A stretch of 64,000 nucleotides of DNA, taken from assembly GCF_009914755.1 (NCBI RefSeq), contig NC_060926.1; one strand, given 5' to 3'. The stretch is from the human T2T-CHM13v2.0 reference genome, Homo sapiens. A model generated the notes under the pieces. It saw nothing but the letters and a program-made list of their open reading frames with translations. It was not told the DNA's origin and did not search any database. This document shows positions 41,581 to 57,279 of the stretch, piece after piece. A program made the position numbers and the translations under genes. Each line of letters starts with the position of its first letter. Positions within the stretch are counted from its first letter, which is position 1.

Positions 41581-41827
41581 AGAATATACATTTTTAAACA
41601 GTACCACGTAAGGGTTAAGAGGCAGGTGGTCCATGAATGTGAATGCCTTGAAGGCAGAGGCCGTTCTCACCAGTGCTGCTGCAAGGCATTGATAATGAAA
41701 AGTATATAAATCACCTGGTACATATTAGGAATACAAGGAATGTTGGCCCTTTTGTTTCTCTGACACCTGCCATATAGTATGCATTAAATAAATATTAGTT
41801 GAATGGCAAAATATGTTAAGAGTACCT

Positions 41828-42165
<338 letters not shown>

Positions 42166-42279
42166 CTAATACTGTGTTGTCCCCCAACACAAGATGTGGG
42201 TACATTGTTGCAGAAACTGGTTCAGCAGCAAAATGATCTCAAGGCTCTGAGCTGGTGTGTCTGTGATTATTTTTTTAAG

Positions 42280-42700
42280 AAATCAGGTTTATTAAAATAT
42301 AGTTTACAAATCATAAAGTTTACCTGTTTCAAGTATAAGGTTTGTTAGTTTACATATATTTACAGAGTGGAGCAACCATTACTAAAATCTAATTTTAGAA
42401 CATTTTCATCATCCCTCAAAGAAATCCCAAACCCATTAACACTCATTCCCAAGCCCCTTCTCCTTTCCTAGCCCTAGAAAACCACTGATCTATTCTCTAC
42501 CTCTATAGATTTGCCTATTCTGGACACTTCACATAAATGAAGTCACATAATACGTGGGGTTTATTGTCTGGCTTCTTTCACTTAGCATAATGTTTTCAGG
42601 GTTCACACATGTTGTACATGAATCATTTTTGTTTCATCTTTTAATTGTGGAATAATACTTCATTATATGGATATACTACATTTTGTTTATCTGTTCTCTG
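42280..42700 (-). mobile_element. L1MB-like 3' end
   Basis: aattttagaacattttcatcatccc; gatttgcctattctggacacttcacataaatg. Confidence 0.8.
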
Positions 42701-43160
42701 TGATTGTCTTGATCATCCCCTCACAGTAGCATCCTTTTAAATTGTATTCAATGCAGCTAAGGAGAAGCAGTCCCCTCACCATTTCTCCTTTTATAAGGAA
42801 GCAATATTTTTTCCAGGAGAACATGAGCAGGCTTCCTCTTACATCTCATTGGTCAGGATTGGGACACATGACCACCTAGGCTTCATGGGAAGCTGGGAAA
42901 GTAAGCATCTTTGACAGAAGGCAGGCAAGGATTGAGGGGACTGGAAGTGTCTCTTGGATTTCTGCTCCTATGGGATTTATAATTATTTTTTTCATTGTAA
43001 ATGAATGCTTAGCTATTCCTTCTTTATAGACATTGGCATTTTGGTATACAAGTTAGGGTTATGTCTGGTTGAACATAATGTCTCTCTACTAGGAGAGTGA
43101 CCTTTAACTGACTCTCAGAAATGGAGGGTAGGCTAACAGATTATAATTTCTCAGACCTTC

Positions 43161-43720
<560 letters not shown>

Positions 43721-44199
43721 AGATCAGTCTAAAGTCAATAACAGTAGTAGCAGGTCTGACTAGAACCTTAGTGATGGTGATGACCCATCTAAAGACTGTA
43801 GATTCAGAGCAAGGAATACATGTTGGTGGTTGAAGAAGCAAGGTTGAACCGTGTTCACCCACTATTGTCTGGAGGAAAATCCTCTGATCATAGAGCTAGA
43901 GATGCAGCCCCTGGTACCCATCTATCTCCATGTAGATTGTGAGTCCTCAAGGTCTCTGACTTAATGAAGCTGGCCCTAAAAGCTGGTCTGCTAGACCCCT
44001 TGCCTTCCTTTCTCTGCTTCCCAAACAGATTTCTAGAGGAGAGAATATATTGACTCAATTAAGTAGTCTGGCCCCATGGGATTTATGGTTACCTTTTCTC
44101 TGTAAATGAATAATTTGTGATTCTTTTTTATATACATGGAATTTATAATTATGTTTTCATTGTAAATGAATAATCTATTCCTGTTTATATACATTATTA

Positions 44200-45020
44200 T
44201 TTTAGTCTAAGAGTTAAGGATATATTTAGTTGTATATAAAAAGAATCCAAAATAAGAGTGGCTTATATGCACAAAGTTTATGCTTACCTGCAAAAGAAGA
44301 CCACAAGTAGGTGGATCAGGATTGGCATCAGTTCACAAAGTCAGTGGAGACCTAGGTTATTTCTGTCTGTTCCATGGTATTAGTCTGTTCCAGCTGATAT
44401 AATAAAAATAATATATATTAGATGGCTTAAACAACAAACATTTATTTCTCATTGTTCTAGAGACTAGGGAGTCCAAGATCTAGGCAACAGCGATTTAGTA
44501 TCTGGTGAGGACCTGCTTTCTGGTTCATACATGGCTCTCCTTTAGCTGTGTCCTCATATGACAGTAAAGGGCAAGACAGCTCTCTAGGATTTCTTTTATA
44601 AAAGCACTAATCCCACTCATGAGAGCTCCATCCTTATGACCTCATCACCTCCCAAAGGTCCCACCTCCAAATACCATCACAGTGAGAATTAGGATTTCAA
44701 CATATGAATTTGTCGGGGGCAAAAGGGACACAAACATTCAGTCTATAGCACCCATCACCCTAGTGATTAATTTCTGTCTTCATAGTCACCTCTTGCTGCA
44801 AGATTGCTGTTGAAGCTCCAGCACTCAACTCTGTATTCCAGGAAGCAGGAAAAAGAATAATGTAATACTCCCCATTGGCCAGAACTTTGACAATGCCCAC
44901 ATGTATCTGAAAGAAAGACCAAAAAAGGTAATTATCAGCTGAGCACATTGCCACCTTGAATAAAACAGGCTCTAATTACTAAGGGAAAAATTAGAAGAGA
45001 TGTTGGATAGGCAATTAGCA
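44200..45020 (-). mobile_element. MLT1J-like LTR split by MLT1A0
   Basis: caagattgctgttgaagctccagc; cccattggccagaact; gcacattgcc. Confidence 0.6.
44377..44750 (-). mobile_element. MLT1A0-like solo LTR
   Basis: gcactaatcccactcatgagagctcc...acacaaacattcagtctatagca. Confidence 0.88.
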
Positions 45021-45207
45021 CCCCAGTTACTGGTTACTATTAATCAGTCCCCAAATTCTAATCAACCATGGAGTTGCCTAACGCAAGTTGCTGCACTTCC
45101 AAGATTAAAGTAGGTTCACCAAGGCAATATCTCTACCAAGAAATTGAAAGCTTGCTGGGTAAAGTGGGGGTAAATTTTATAAAAGAAATGTAACTAAAAG
45201 GAAAATA

Positions 45208-45621
45208 CAGTTGATCCTTGAGCTACATAGTCCATTTATAAGTGGATTCTCTTTGCCTCTGCCACCCTGAGACAGCAAGACTGAACTTTCCTCCTCTTCC
45301 TCCTCCTCAGCCTACTCAATGTGAAGACAATGAGGATGAAGAACTTTATAATGATCCACTTCCACTTAATGAAGAGTACGTATATTTTCTCTTATGATTT
45401 TTTAATAACATTTTTTCTCCAGTTTACTTTATTGTATGAATGTAGTATATAATACATATAACATGCAAAATATGTATTAGCTAACAGTTTATATTATTGG
45501 TAAGTTTTCCAGGCAACATAGGCTATTAGTAAAGTTTCAGGGGAGTCAGAAATTATACAGGGATTTTTGACTGTGCAGGAGGTCAGCACCTCTAACTCCT
45601 GTGCTGTTCAAGGGTTAACTG
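45208..45621 (+). mobile_element. Tigger2a (MER28) MITE
   Basis: ta|cagttgatccttga ... ttcaagggttaactg TIRs. Confidence 0.88.
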
Positions 45622-45798
45622 TGTAAGTCCAGAGATAAGTTTTAGATTTACTTTGACTCAGAGGTTCATGTGGACATTAGGTCTTTAGCCCTGTTTATTT
45701 TTGATTCTTAAAGCTGTGTCCTCCTCCAGCTTCACTCTCAGGATGACTTGGCTGTGGAAGTTAAGCTTCTGTCAATAGCTGCTAAGTCGTCTGTCTGC

Positions 45799-45886
45799 TC
45801 TTCCTTCCTTTCTTCCTTCCTTTCTTCCTTCCTTCCTTCCTTCCTCCCTCCCTCCCTCCCTTCTTTCCTTCCTTCCTTCTCTTCTT
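45799..45886 (+). repeat. (CCTT)n/(CCCT)n polypyrimidine microsatellite
   Basis: Direct reading. Confidence 0.95.
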
Positions 45887-45959
45887 TCATAAATAAGGTA
45901 TATTAAGTGTCTTAACTCAGAATTTCCCAGCTGTTTCCCAGCAACGTCAAAAGTACTAA

Positions 45960-46392
45960 AGTAGACAGAATAGTTTCTCCCTAAGATGTCCACATCCTAG
46001 TCTGCAGAACCTGTGAATATATCACCTTCTATGGCAAAACGGGCTTTGCAGGTGTCATTAAGTCAAAGATCCTGAGATGGGGTGATTATCTTAGATTATC
46101 CAAGAGGGCTCAGTGTCATTGCAAAGGTCCTTATAAGAGTGAGGCAGGAGGATCAGAGTGAGAGAAGGAGATGTGACGAGTGAAGCAGAGAGGAATGCAG
46201 GCAGTCTCTAGGAGCTGGAAAAAGCTAGGAATGGGTTCACCCCTAGAATGCCCAGAAGGAACTCAGCTCTGCCAATACCTTGGTTTAGCCCCCGTAATAC
46301 CCTTGGACTTCTAATGTCTGGAGCTGTAGGATAATTATTTAAGCCACTAAGTTTGTGATGCTTTGTAACGTCACCAATAGAAAATTAATATA
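45960..46392 (+). mobile_element. MLT1D LTR
   Basis: aagatgtccacatcctagtc..gaacctgtgaatat...tttaagccactaagtttgtg. Confidence 0.85.
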
Positions 46393-46667
46393 GTCCTCAA
46401 ACCAGTGCTTCAAATTATAATGTTCTATGAACTCGCTTTACACTATTTTAACTAAAGGGCCCAAATATTTTAATTCTATTTTTAAAGTTGTTTTCACATA
46501 TTTAATAATTTTAATGTTAAGATATGTAATATCTGATAATGTCAAATAATATCTGCTAGATAGATAAACCCACCACCAATTAACACACTAGAACATTACC
46601 AATTTCATTCTGTGTGCTTCACCTGATCCTATCACCCACACCCCCAAAGGTGTGGGTGATACCTTGA

Positions 46668-47140
46668 ATTATATATAATATATAAATATAATATATTGAT
46701 ATAATAATGTATTAACAATATATATTAGTGTATAACTTATATTATATATAACTATATTATTGTATATTAATATAAATTAATGATATATAATATATTAATT
46801 ATATATTATTATATGTGATATAAAATACTTATATTTATACTGTATATATGTATATACACACATATATGTATATATGTATATATACACATATGTATATATG
46901 TATATGTATATATGTATACTGTATATATGTATATACACACATATATGTATATATGTATATGTATATATGTATACTGTATATATGTATATACATATATACA
47001 TATATGATATATATCACATATATGTGATATATAAATATATTTATATAAATATAATATTAATATTTATATTATGTTATATATAACATGTTTATATTATGTT
47101 ATATAAATATTATAAATATATATATTTCTATTTTATATGT
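46668..47140. repeat. AT-rich/(TATATG)n low-complexity array
   Basis: Direct reading; unit starting atactgtatatatgtatataca recurs at 46837, 46916 and 46971. Confidence 0.95.
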
Positions 47141-47149
47141 ATCACTACT

Positions 47150-48320
47150 CAAGACATCGCGTGTTCTTGTTTTTGAAAATTATAGTATTGTAAATTGTTC
47201 TCTACAAATTACTTTATGTATTTATTATTTTTAAAGAATTTTTTTAGATAGAAACAGGGTCTCACTATGTTGTCCAGGCTGGTCTCAAACTGGGCTCAAG
47301 CAATCTTGTTTCTAATATTTATCCATATGGTTATGTGAACTTACAGTTCATTTATTTTCACTACTGAAATATATTCTATTCTGAGACCATATCACAATTC
47401 ATCCATTCTCCTACAGATGGATGTTTACAATACTTTCATTTTTTTGTTATAATTATGAACCATGCTATTATGCACATATTTGTACGTGCCTCTTAGTGCA
47501 CATGTATAAGAGTTCTATTTTAAAGATAATGCAAAGTTGTTCTCCAAAGTGATAACAATTTCCATTCATATCAGCAATGCCAAAGTGCTCTCATGGCTCT
47601 AGCTAATCACCAGCCTGTAGTATTTTCATACCTCTTAATTTTTGCCATCTTATAGGCTTAAATAATGTCTCATTAGAGTCTTATTTTGCAGTTCTCTGAT
47701 TACTAATAGTGTTTAGCATCTTTCCATTATTAAAGTTGCTCTAATTATGTGGTTCATGTCTTTTATCCATTTTCTGCTGGATGGTTTGTCTTTTTCTTAT
47801 CGACTTGCAAATAATATGTTGCTAGTTATATAGCTTGTAAATATCTTCTCCCAGTTTTGGGCTTCTCTTTTCATTTTCTTATGATGTCTTCTGCAGTGCA
47901 TAAGTTCTTAATTTTAATAGACTCAAATGTATCAATATTTCCTTTCATAATTAGCAGTTTTGCCTTATGTTTAAAAATCCTATCCTGAAAATATATTTTC
48001 TTACATAGCCTTCGAAACATTTTTAATCTTGACATTTCATATGCAAATCATGATCCACCTGAAATTTATTTTTGTGGGTGGTGTGAGGTATGAGTTCAGA
48101 TTTATTTTTTTCCATATGGATAATTAGAGGCCAGCACCCATGTTGAATCTTCCATGCTTTTCCCAATGATCTGCAATGCCATCTTGTCACATTTAAAGTT
48201 TGCTTATGCGTGTGCATCTATTTCTGGGCTCTATGTTCAGTTTCATTGGTCAATTTTTCTCTCCCTGAGCCAAAACCAATAGACTTAATGATGCTGGCTT
48301 TGAAATAAGTTTTGACTTCT
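47150..48320 (-). mobile_element. L1ME-like 3' region, with an Alu fragment at ~47240-47305
   Basis: atccattctcctacagatggatgttt; ttttgcagttctctgattactaat. Confidence 0.65.
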
Positions 48321-49797
48321 AACACTGTGAACATCTATAAAACAGGACAAAGACATGAGACAACAGCACAGGGCTGTGATCCTTAAGAGTAAGACACAGA
48401 AGGGGAGCTCCACATCCAGCTCTCTTTCTGCCTGTGGCATTTTCTAAGCCAAGGCATTGAGAAATGGAGCTTCAACAAAAGCTGTGCTCTTACTGGATGG
48501 AGGAACAAAGATCAGATTTGGGGGCTGCTGAGGCAACTGGAAGTTGTGACATAGGTGTTGGAAAGAAGGGAGATAATAGAGAAAGGCTTCTGTTTGGTTC
48601 AACACTAAGCTCAATCTCTGAAGGTTTCACAGAGCTGAGATCAGTAAAGTTATAGCCAGTTAGTGTAGAGAGATCTATTCGAACACTGTGGCAATGAGTT
48701 GAGATTCTAGAGGACTATTCTTATGGAGTAAAGCTACCCTAGCCTTAAAGTGAGGGCTTACGAAGCTGATCTTACAGCAAATTAACTCCCTACAAGAACA
48801 AGGCTCAGCATTCTTGAAGGGAGACAACAAAATCCAAAGTCCTAACAACTTAGTACAGATTGAGCATCCCGAATCTGAAACTCCAAAATTGGAAACTTTT
48901 TGAGCACCAGCATGACACCACAAGTGAAAAATTCCACACCTGACCTTATGTGATGGGTCACAGTCAAATAAAGGCACACAACGCACAGTTTATTCAGCAT
49001 CCCCAAGGGAAAACGACCCTCCCAGCCCCCTTCAGCTGTAATACATCTTTTCGGCACACACCCAGATTCTCCCTGCAAGCATGCCCACGATGAGTAATGA
49101 AACGACACACGTATGTACAGGCTGGATCCATGTTCCCCATGATGCTCCACATGGGGCCAAGACCTACATGCATTACTCACTGTGTTTTCTTGCTTATTCT
49201 CTGCACTGTGGTATAGATATTGTTGCAAATGTCAAAAAATCTTGCAGATATCCTTATGAGTACAGTGATAAGGAAAAGAGGAAGTATTTATGCTTATCCA
49301 TAGCACAGAAAGTCCAGCTGTTGGAGAAACCAGCCAGTGGTGTAAGTGTAAAACATCTTACAGAAGATTATGGTATTAGAATTACCAGCATACATGCCCT
49401 GAAGAAACAGAAGGATAAACTGTAGCAGTTCTATGCTAAAAGTGATGAACATATATTAATGAAAGTGAAAAATGGGAAAATGCTGCATAAAGCTAAAAAT
49501 GAAGAACTTGATCATGTGTTGAAAAGGTAGGTCTGTCTGTGTCACAAAGAACACATACAACTTAATTGTTTGCTAATCACAAAACCAGTAAAGAACTATC
49601 ACAATGAACTGAAAAGTGAAAGGAACTGTAAATATTCAACAGACTGATTGCAGAAATTTGAGAAAGACATACTAATTTTTCTTAGCACATCTTGTTGTTG
49701 GCATTTCATTAATGAAGTTTATTTTTCTAAAAGAAATTTATTATCATTAAAATTATTATACATACAGAAAATGTATTAAACATATATGTGCATTTTA

Positions 49798-50575
<778 letters not shown>

Positions 50576-52399
50576 CTTTACAGATCTGCAAGTATCATCC
50601 ACACTTTTGTAACAAACTTTTCTATGTGTTTCTTTATAGTTTCTTTTATCAGAATGCTTTTTATTTGTATTTTATTGTGGGAAAATCTTAATATAATCAC
50701 TTGATCTCATTGTGTAATTTCTGATGAGCTCTATTGGACAAAGTGACTGGACATAACTTGTGATAGTAAATGGAAGAAGGAGTACATTTTCACCCTTAGG
50801 TGTGCTGTGGCCTTAGCATTAATTTCATAAATGTTTTCTTTGGACTCACTTCAGAGCCTCTGGGGTCAAACCCTACTTTGCTCACTGGTGGTCCCAGAAT
50901 GATACCCAAAAGAGAGGTAGATATATCCTTTGGGGTTAACAATGAACAGAACCTGTAAAAATTTGAACCACTGCTTTAAATTTGTAAAGACTGCTGGTGA
51001 TTAAGCATCTGCTGATCACAAAGCAGCAGAGGAATTCACTGATGAGTTCGTCAAGGTCATCGCTGATGAAAATCTGATGCCAGAACACATCTATAATACT
51101 GATGAATCAACACTTTTGGCCTTATTGCTCCAGAAAGACACCGACTACATCTGATGAGAAAGCCCCTACAGGAATTAAGGATGCAAAGACAGAATAACTG
51201 TGCTGGGATGTGGTAACACAGCAGGTATGCATGAGTGTAAACTTGCTGTGATAGGCAAAAGCTTTGCTGTCCTCAAGGAGTGAATTTCTTAGCAGTCCTT
51301 TATTATGCTAACAAAAGGCATGGATCGCCAGGGACATCTGACCTTCTTACATATTCAAGAAATGTATCCTTAAAATCCATCAATAAGCTGGAAGAAGGTG
51401 ATAATTGAAAAAGTTTTTAACATCAATAACAAGGCTCCAGTTGTTTATTCAATGATCAATGGTGAAATATGACAAAACAGTTCCCAATCAAGATGATGAT
51501 AATAGTGATGATGAAGATGATGTCAACACTACAGGAAAAGTATCTATTGACAACATGGTGAAAATGTGTGGTGGGCTTTTTGAAGGACTACAGCAGTGTA
51601 TATTTATAACAAGACAAGAAACCTTGTCAGTTTATAAAATCAAGAAAAGACATCTAAGCAAAAACTCATTGTTAATGAGGCAGATTATTCTGGAGAAAAC
51701 ATTTTTAAAAGCCATCCTGCAGAATGCCTCTTCATTCCTAGAGGACCTATTTCCTGGTCCCTCAATTACTTTTGATGTTTCTTCTTACCAAACAAAAAAA
51801 AAGAAAAAGAAACACACTGTCTAGTAACCTTTTAGTCAAAGAAAAGCATCAGGTGGAGGTTGCAACCTATCACTGTTTGTTGTTGCCGTTGTCTAACAGC
51901 TGAGACAGGTATTCTGGTGATGCTACTGTGCTACTTAGTTATTCTGCACACAATATTTCTTCATTGTATTAATGGCATATCATATGTTTTAATGTTAAGT
52001 ATTTATGTGTGAATAAGCTTAAGAAAATTATTGCTTATGAGTAGCATATCAGTTTAGAGCCAGGGATGATCGTGATGCCAAACAATCAGATTGTTCACAT
52101 GGGTGGCTAAGATTGTGACAGCTTTGCTTCCTGGTGGCTCAATGCACAAAAACTTTGTTTCATGCACAAAATTGTTTAAAATATTGTGAAACTGCCTTCA
52201 GTCTACGTATATAAGGTGTATAGGAAATATAAATAAATTTTGTGTTTAGACTTGGGTCCCATCCCCAAGATATCTGATTATATATATGCAAATATTCCAA
52301 AATCTGTAAAAAAAAAAAAATTCCAAATCCAAAATACTTCTGGTCCTAAGCATTTTGGATAAGGGATATTCAACGTGTATTAACAATGACCAGCATACA

Positions 52400-52550
<151 letters not shown>

Positions 52551-52923
52551 ATGGCAGAATACAATGAAAAAAATACTTGATATGCAAAGAAGCAGGAAAA
52601 TGTGCCATAACCAGGAAAGAAAAATTTAGCAAAGTTCTCCCATCTTTGCATCCTCAATGGCAATGACCAGATGTTGAATTTAACAGACAAGCACTTAAAA
52701 ATAGCTATTATAAATATATCCATGGATGTAAAAGAAAATATGCATATAATGAGACATAAAAATGGGGAATATTAATGTAGTAATGGGAATTCTAAAAATT
52801 AGTAATACCACATTTGAAACAAAAAAGTTATATTTTCAGGAAATAATAGATGGAATTAATAGCAGATTGAAAATTGCAGAGAAAAAGATCCATGCACTTG
52901 AATAAGAAACAATAGAACCTATC

Positions 52924-53364
52924 TGGATTAGTCTGCTAGTAATACATAGCAAAATACCACAGACTGGGTGGTTTAAACGAGACAAATTTATTTTGACAGT
53001 TCTGAAGCTGGAAGTCCAAGATCAAGGTGTCAGCAGGGTTAGTTTTCTCTAAGGCCTCTAACTTTAGATGACCACCCTCTTGCTACCTCTTCATATGGGT
53101 GTCTGCTGTGCACATATACCCTTGGTGTCCTTTCTCTTCTTATAGGACATCAGGCAGATTGGATAACTCTGATATTCTCATTTTATTTTATTATTTTATT
53201 TATTTTATTTTATTTTAATTATAGGCTTCTCAGCTGTCATATTTTCATTTTAACTCAGTCCCCTCTTTAAGACCTTATCTCAAAACTTGATTACACACTG
53301 AGGTACTAAGGGTTGGGAATTCAAAATATGAATTTGAGGTAGGGGCACAATTTAGCCCATAATA
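52924..53364 (-). mobile_element. MLT1B solo LTR with a small internal insertion
   Basis: 5-bp TSD ctatc; ggaagtccaagatcaaggtgtcagcagggtt. Confidence 0.85.
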
Positions 53365-53792
53365 CTATCTAAGAAGCTGAAGAAAAAAGATAGGGGGAAA
53401 AGCTGGAAAAAAAGAAAAAGAAAAGCATCTTAGTAACTTATGGCAAATATTAAGCATTCCAAAACATGTGGAAGTATAGTCCCAGAATGAGAGGATTCAA
53501 ATATTAGAACAGAAAATATTTGGAGAAGTAATGACCAGAACTTTTCCCAATTTGATGAAAGATATCTGAAAGCTCAGCAAAACCCAAGCAGGCAAGTTCC
53601 AAAGAAAACCACACCTAGATATATATTAGTCCAATTCCTGAGTCTTAGAAGTAGCCAAAGCAAAAAGGTTTTACAATCAGGGAAGTAAACATAAGAATGA
53701 CCACAGTCTTCTCATCAGAAAAAATGGAGACCTAAGCATAAGAAGATGACATCTGAAAAGTATTAAAAGGAAAAATCCCTGTCAACTCAGAA

Positions 53793-54078
53793 TTTTTTTT
53801 TTGACAGAGTCTAGTTCTGTCACCCAGGCTGGAGTGAAGTGGCATGATCTCGGCTCACTGCAACTCTGCTTCCTGGGTTCAAGTGATTCTCCTACCTCAG
53901 CCTCCTGAGTAGCTAGGACCATAGGCACACGCCACAACGCCCAGCTAATTTTCGTATTTTTAGCAGAGATGGGGTTTCACCACATTGGCCAGAATGGTCT
54001 TGATCTCCTGACCTTGTGATCCTTCCGCCTTGGCCTCCCAAAGTGCTGGGATTACAGGTGTGAGCCACCGCGCCTGGC
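53793..54078 (-). mobile_element. AluS (Sg/Sc-like)
   Basis: Reverse Alu dimer; flanking repeat tcaactca..gaatt. Confidence 0.93.
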
Positions 54079-54439
54079 ATCAACTCACTCAGAATTCTAT
54101 ATCCAGCTAAAATACATTGCAATACAAAAGCAAAATAAAGACCTTTTCATGTAAATGAAAGCTGAGAAAATTTATCTCAAAAGGCCCACATTGTAAGTTT
54201 TTCAGGCTTAAAGGAAATCCTACCAGCAGGAAAGTTGAATCTTCACAAAGGAATGAAAAACACAGAAAATGATAAATATATAGGTAAATAAAAATAAGTT
54301 TTGTTTCTGGTAGGACAAATCCCTTTATTCCTTCCCCTCCTCATCATTCTTCCTCTCTCACCTCTTCCTCCTTTGTCTTCAGGAGTAATATCTTAGCTAT
54401 TCTTGGCTTTTTTTTTCTATCAGTTTTAGAATCAGCTTG

Positions 54440-55250
54440 TGTGATAGACATAGATTTGCTTTCATAGGCCTCCTTCAAGGAAGAATTTGCTGGCAGGCTG
54501 AAAGGAGTACAGTCAGCAGACAGCCCCCAAATATCACTTTCTTTAAGATTAGCCTCAGCTTCAGAGAACCACCTACACAGAGACTTGGCCTTTCCAGGGC
54601 AGCCTTTATCTGGTGATTAAGTGGGATGAGGAATATTTTGGCCTGAAGTAGGATGCTCTGAAGGGCAGTACTTTTCTCAGAGCTCACCACAGGGTTGGTT
54701 GAGACTTGTCAAGGCTGCATCAGAGTTTAACATCTTCCTCTGTCCAATCCTGCTTCCTCCCTGTTCCTTTCACACCTTCCTAGTTGATATGGTTTTGATC
54801 TGTGTCCCCGCTCAAATCTCATGTCAAATTGTAATCCCCAATGTTGTAGGTGGGGCCTAGTGGGAGGAGATTGGATCATAGGGGTGGATTTTCCCCTTGG
54901 TACTGTGTCATGATAGTGAGTGAGTTCTCTTGAGAGCTGGTTAAAAGTGTGTGGCACCTCCTCCCTCACTCTCTCTTTCTCCTACTCCTGCCATGTAAGA
55001 CGTGCCTGCCCCCATTTCTGCTATGATTGTGGTAAGTTTCCTGACACCTCCTCAGAAGCCAAGAAGATGCCAGCATCAGGCTTCCTGTACAGCCTGTGGA
55101 AACATCAGCCAACTAAATCTCTTTTCTTTATAAATTACCCAGTCTCAGGTATTTCTTTATAGCAATGTGAGAACTGACTAATATACTTGTAAACATCTAG
55201 CACCCCAAACTCCATCTCAACATCTGCTTTTGGAGTACACAAACTATCAA
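54440..55250 (+). mobile_element. LTR16A-like ERVL LTR split by MSTA
   Basis: ctgtccaatcctgcttcc; caaactccatctcaacatctgcttt. Confidence 0.7.
54785..55185 (+). mobile_element. MSTA solo LTR
   Basis: tgatatggttttgatctgtgtcccc...gactaatata; TSD ct(a/t)gt. Confidence 0.92.
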
Positions 55251-56244
55251 GTCCCTTGAAAAAACTTATTAGAATTTTCATAGCAAATGAATTGATAGTA
55301 TAGAACAAGTTAGAAGTGACATTTTTTAACACTGAGTTTTCATATTTATCCATATGACATATTTCTTCACTTATGTCTTCTTTAGTATCTTTCAATTAAG
55401 TTTTCACATTTCTTATTAAAGGTCTTGCCCATATTTTGTTAGATTATTTTCTCCTATGTAGCTAGGAGAAAATATTTTTGACTGCATTTATATATGCACA
55501 CACATATATATGTTTAAAGTAAGTTTTCTGAAGGTTGCAAGTTTGTGAAACTGTAACTGGCTTTTGTGTATTGATGATATGTACTTTCTTATTCATACAC
55601 AGGGCAGAAAGCTATTTTGATACCCTGACCACCAAACAAAAGGATTGAGCTTTGCTCTGATTGAATCACTGGGATCACATGCCCATTCCAAAATGAATGA
55701 CTGAAGCTGGGAAAATGCTGCATGTTGATTGGTTGGACCTGGGTTACATAGTGCACTGATCTCTGTGGCAACAGAGGTAGAATTATGCAACTATTGGAGG
55801 CCAATCAGGAGCCACAGCAGGATCGCATGGCTAGGAAACTGAGGGTCTGATTAGGAAAGATGAGTGGAGGATTTGTTGCTCAGGAAGGGGCCCATTATGT
55901 CCACTACTCTGGAAAACACTTCTGTTGCTGTAGGACCCTGGATGCCCCAGTTCCACCAAAACACTGGATTCATTAGAGCAGCAGCAGCAGCAATCTCAAC
56001 AGCACTTTAGAATGTCACCAAGGTTACAAAGTCCAGGCATGTGATTGGTTATAAAAAGATTTTTCTTATCCCTGAATAATTAACCATTTCATTCCAGAAT
56101 AAAGAAAATATAATGTTTCCACCACTCAGCAAATATTTGGATGAATTCTTATTTATGTTTAACTCGATCTACATTCAAGACAAAAAAGACAAGCGTTGTT
56201 TCTGCCAGACATTCTGTTTTGATATATTATTCTATTTCCACAGT

Positions 56245-56385
56245 ATCCAATGGTTTTATTAATCCCATTTTATAGATGAGACAGCTAAGCCTCAGAATAA
56301 TGATGTGGAGTCTTGCCCCAGGTGATACAGCTACTAAGATATTGTGACTCAGAATTGAGCATCTAGTGATCCTAAGTCACAGAGC
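56245..56385 (-). mobile_element. MIR
   Basis: cccattttatagatgag...cttgccccaggtgatacagct. Confidence 0.75.
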
Positions 56386-57156
56386 ACAGTCAGGTGAATT
56401 GGATCTTACTGTCTTAAAACAAATGGTCCCTGTTATCGTGAGCTATTCTGAGGATAGAAATTGTTGCTATGTATACAGTATCATTTGCATTATCTGATTA
56501 TCAGATCTCACATTTCCATGAGCGTTTTCTTTCACTGCCACATTGACAATTTTGTGTTCTTTTTTCCAATGTTCCCAGTAAGTAGAAAAGCAGTACAAGA
56601 TATTTTAGTTTTGTCAAATAGGAGCCTGACAGCCAGTATACAGTCGTTTATTATTACAACTGTGTCCCAGGGCACCTCATTGCAGCTATTTTGCAAGGTA
56701 TTTTTAGCTTCATGCATATGGTCCTGTGTCAGCCCATTTGTTATCTGAAGAGCCAAACACTCGTGTATTTTTAGCAACATGATTACTCTGCTTCCTTTAT
56801 CTGCAGAAGCCCATCTCTTTGCCAATTACAGGATCCATTAGTTGACCAGCTGCCATATGAGCTCTGCTCCTGACATTAGATGTGTTTTTCTCCTTACGAT
56901 AATATTTAGAGGAGAAGCTATTCTTTCCTGGAGCAGCACAAGTTTTGCCAAACAATATACCTGAAGTAAATGATTCACTTATATAATCTTTATTAATCTA
57001 ATTAAAGTTGGCATGATAAAGCTTTTTTTTTTAATTTTGGGATTAACATATTCAGATCTGAACTGTTTGAGAAAAAAAAATGGATCAGAATCCATTTTAA
57101 TGGTAAGTGTCACATAAACCAAGCACATAATCATTTTGTTAAAAATATCCCACTTA

Positions 57157-57279
57157 AGCCAGGTGGGTGGTGCACTCCTGTAGCTCCAGCTACTCAGGAG
57201 GCTGAGGCAAGAGGATGGCTGGGGTCCAGGAGTTTGAGTCCAACCTGGGCAACATAGAGACATTCGTTTCTAAAAAAAA
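57157..57279 (+). mobile_element. FLAM_A-like Alu monomer
   Basis: Single monomer ending ctgggcaacatagagac plus A tail. Confidence 0.8.

Noticed and set aside
46795-47083. Tyr/Ile-rich ORFs
   Set aside because: Translation of the TA repeat.
56532-56825. 97-aa minus-strand ORF in unique-looking DNA
   Set aside because: Non-ATG start in the track, no recognisable domain and no convincing splice donor.
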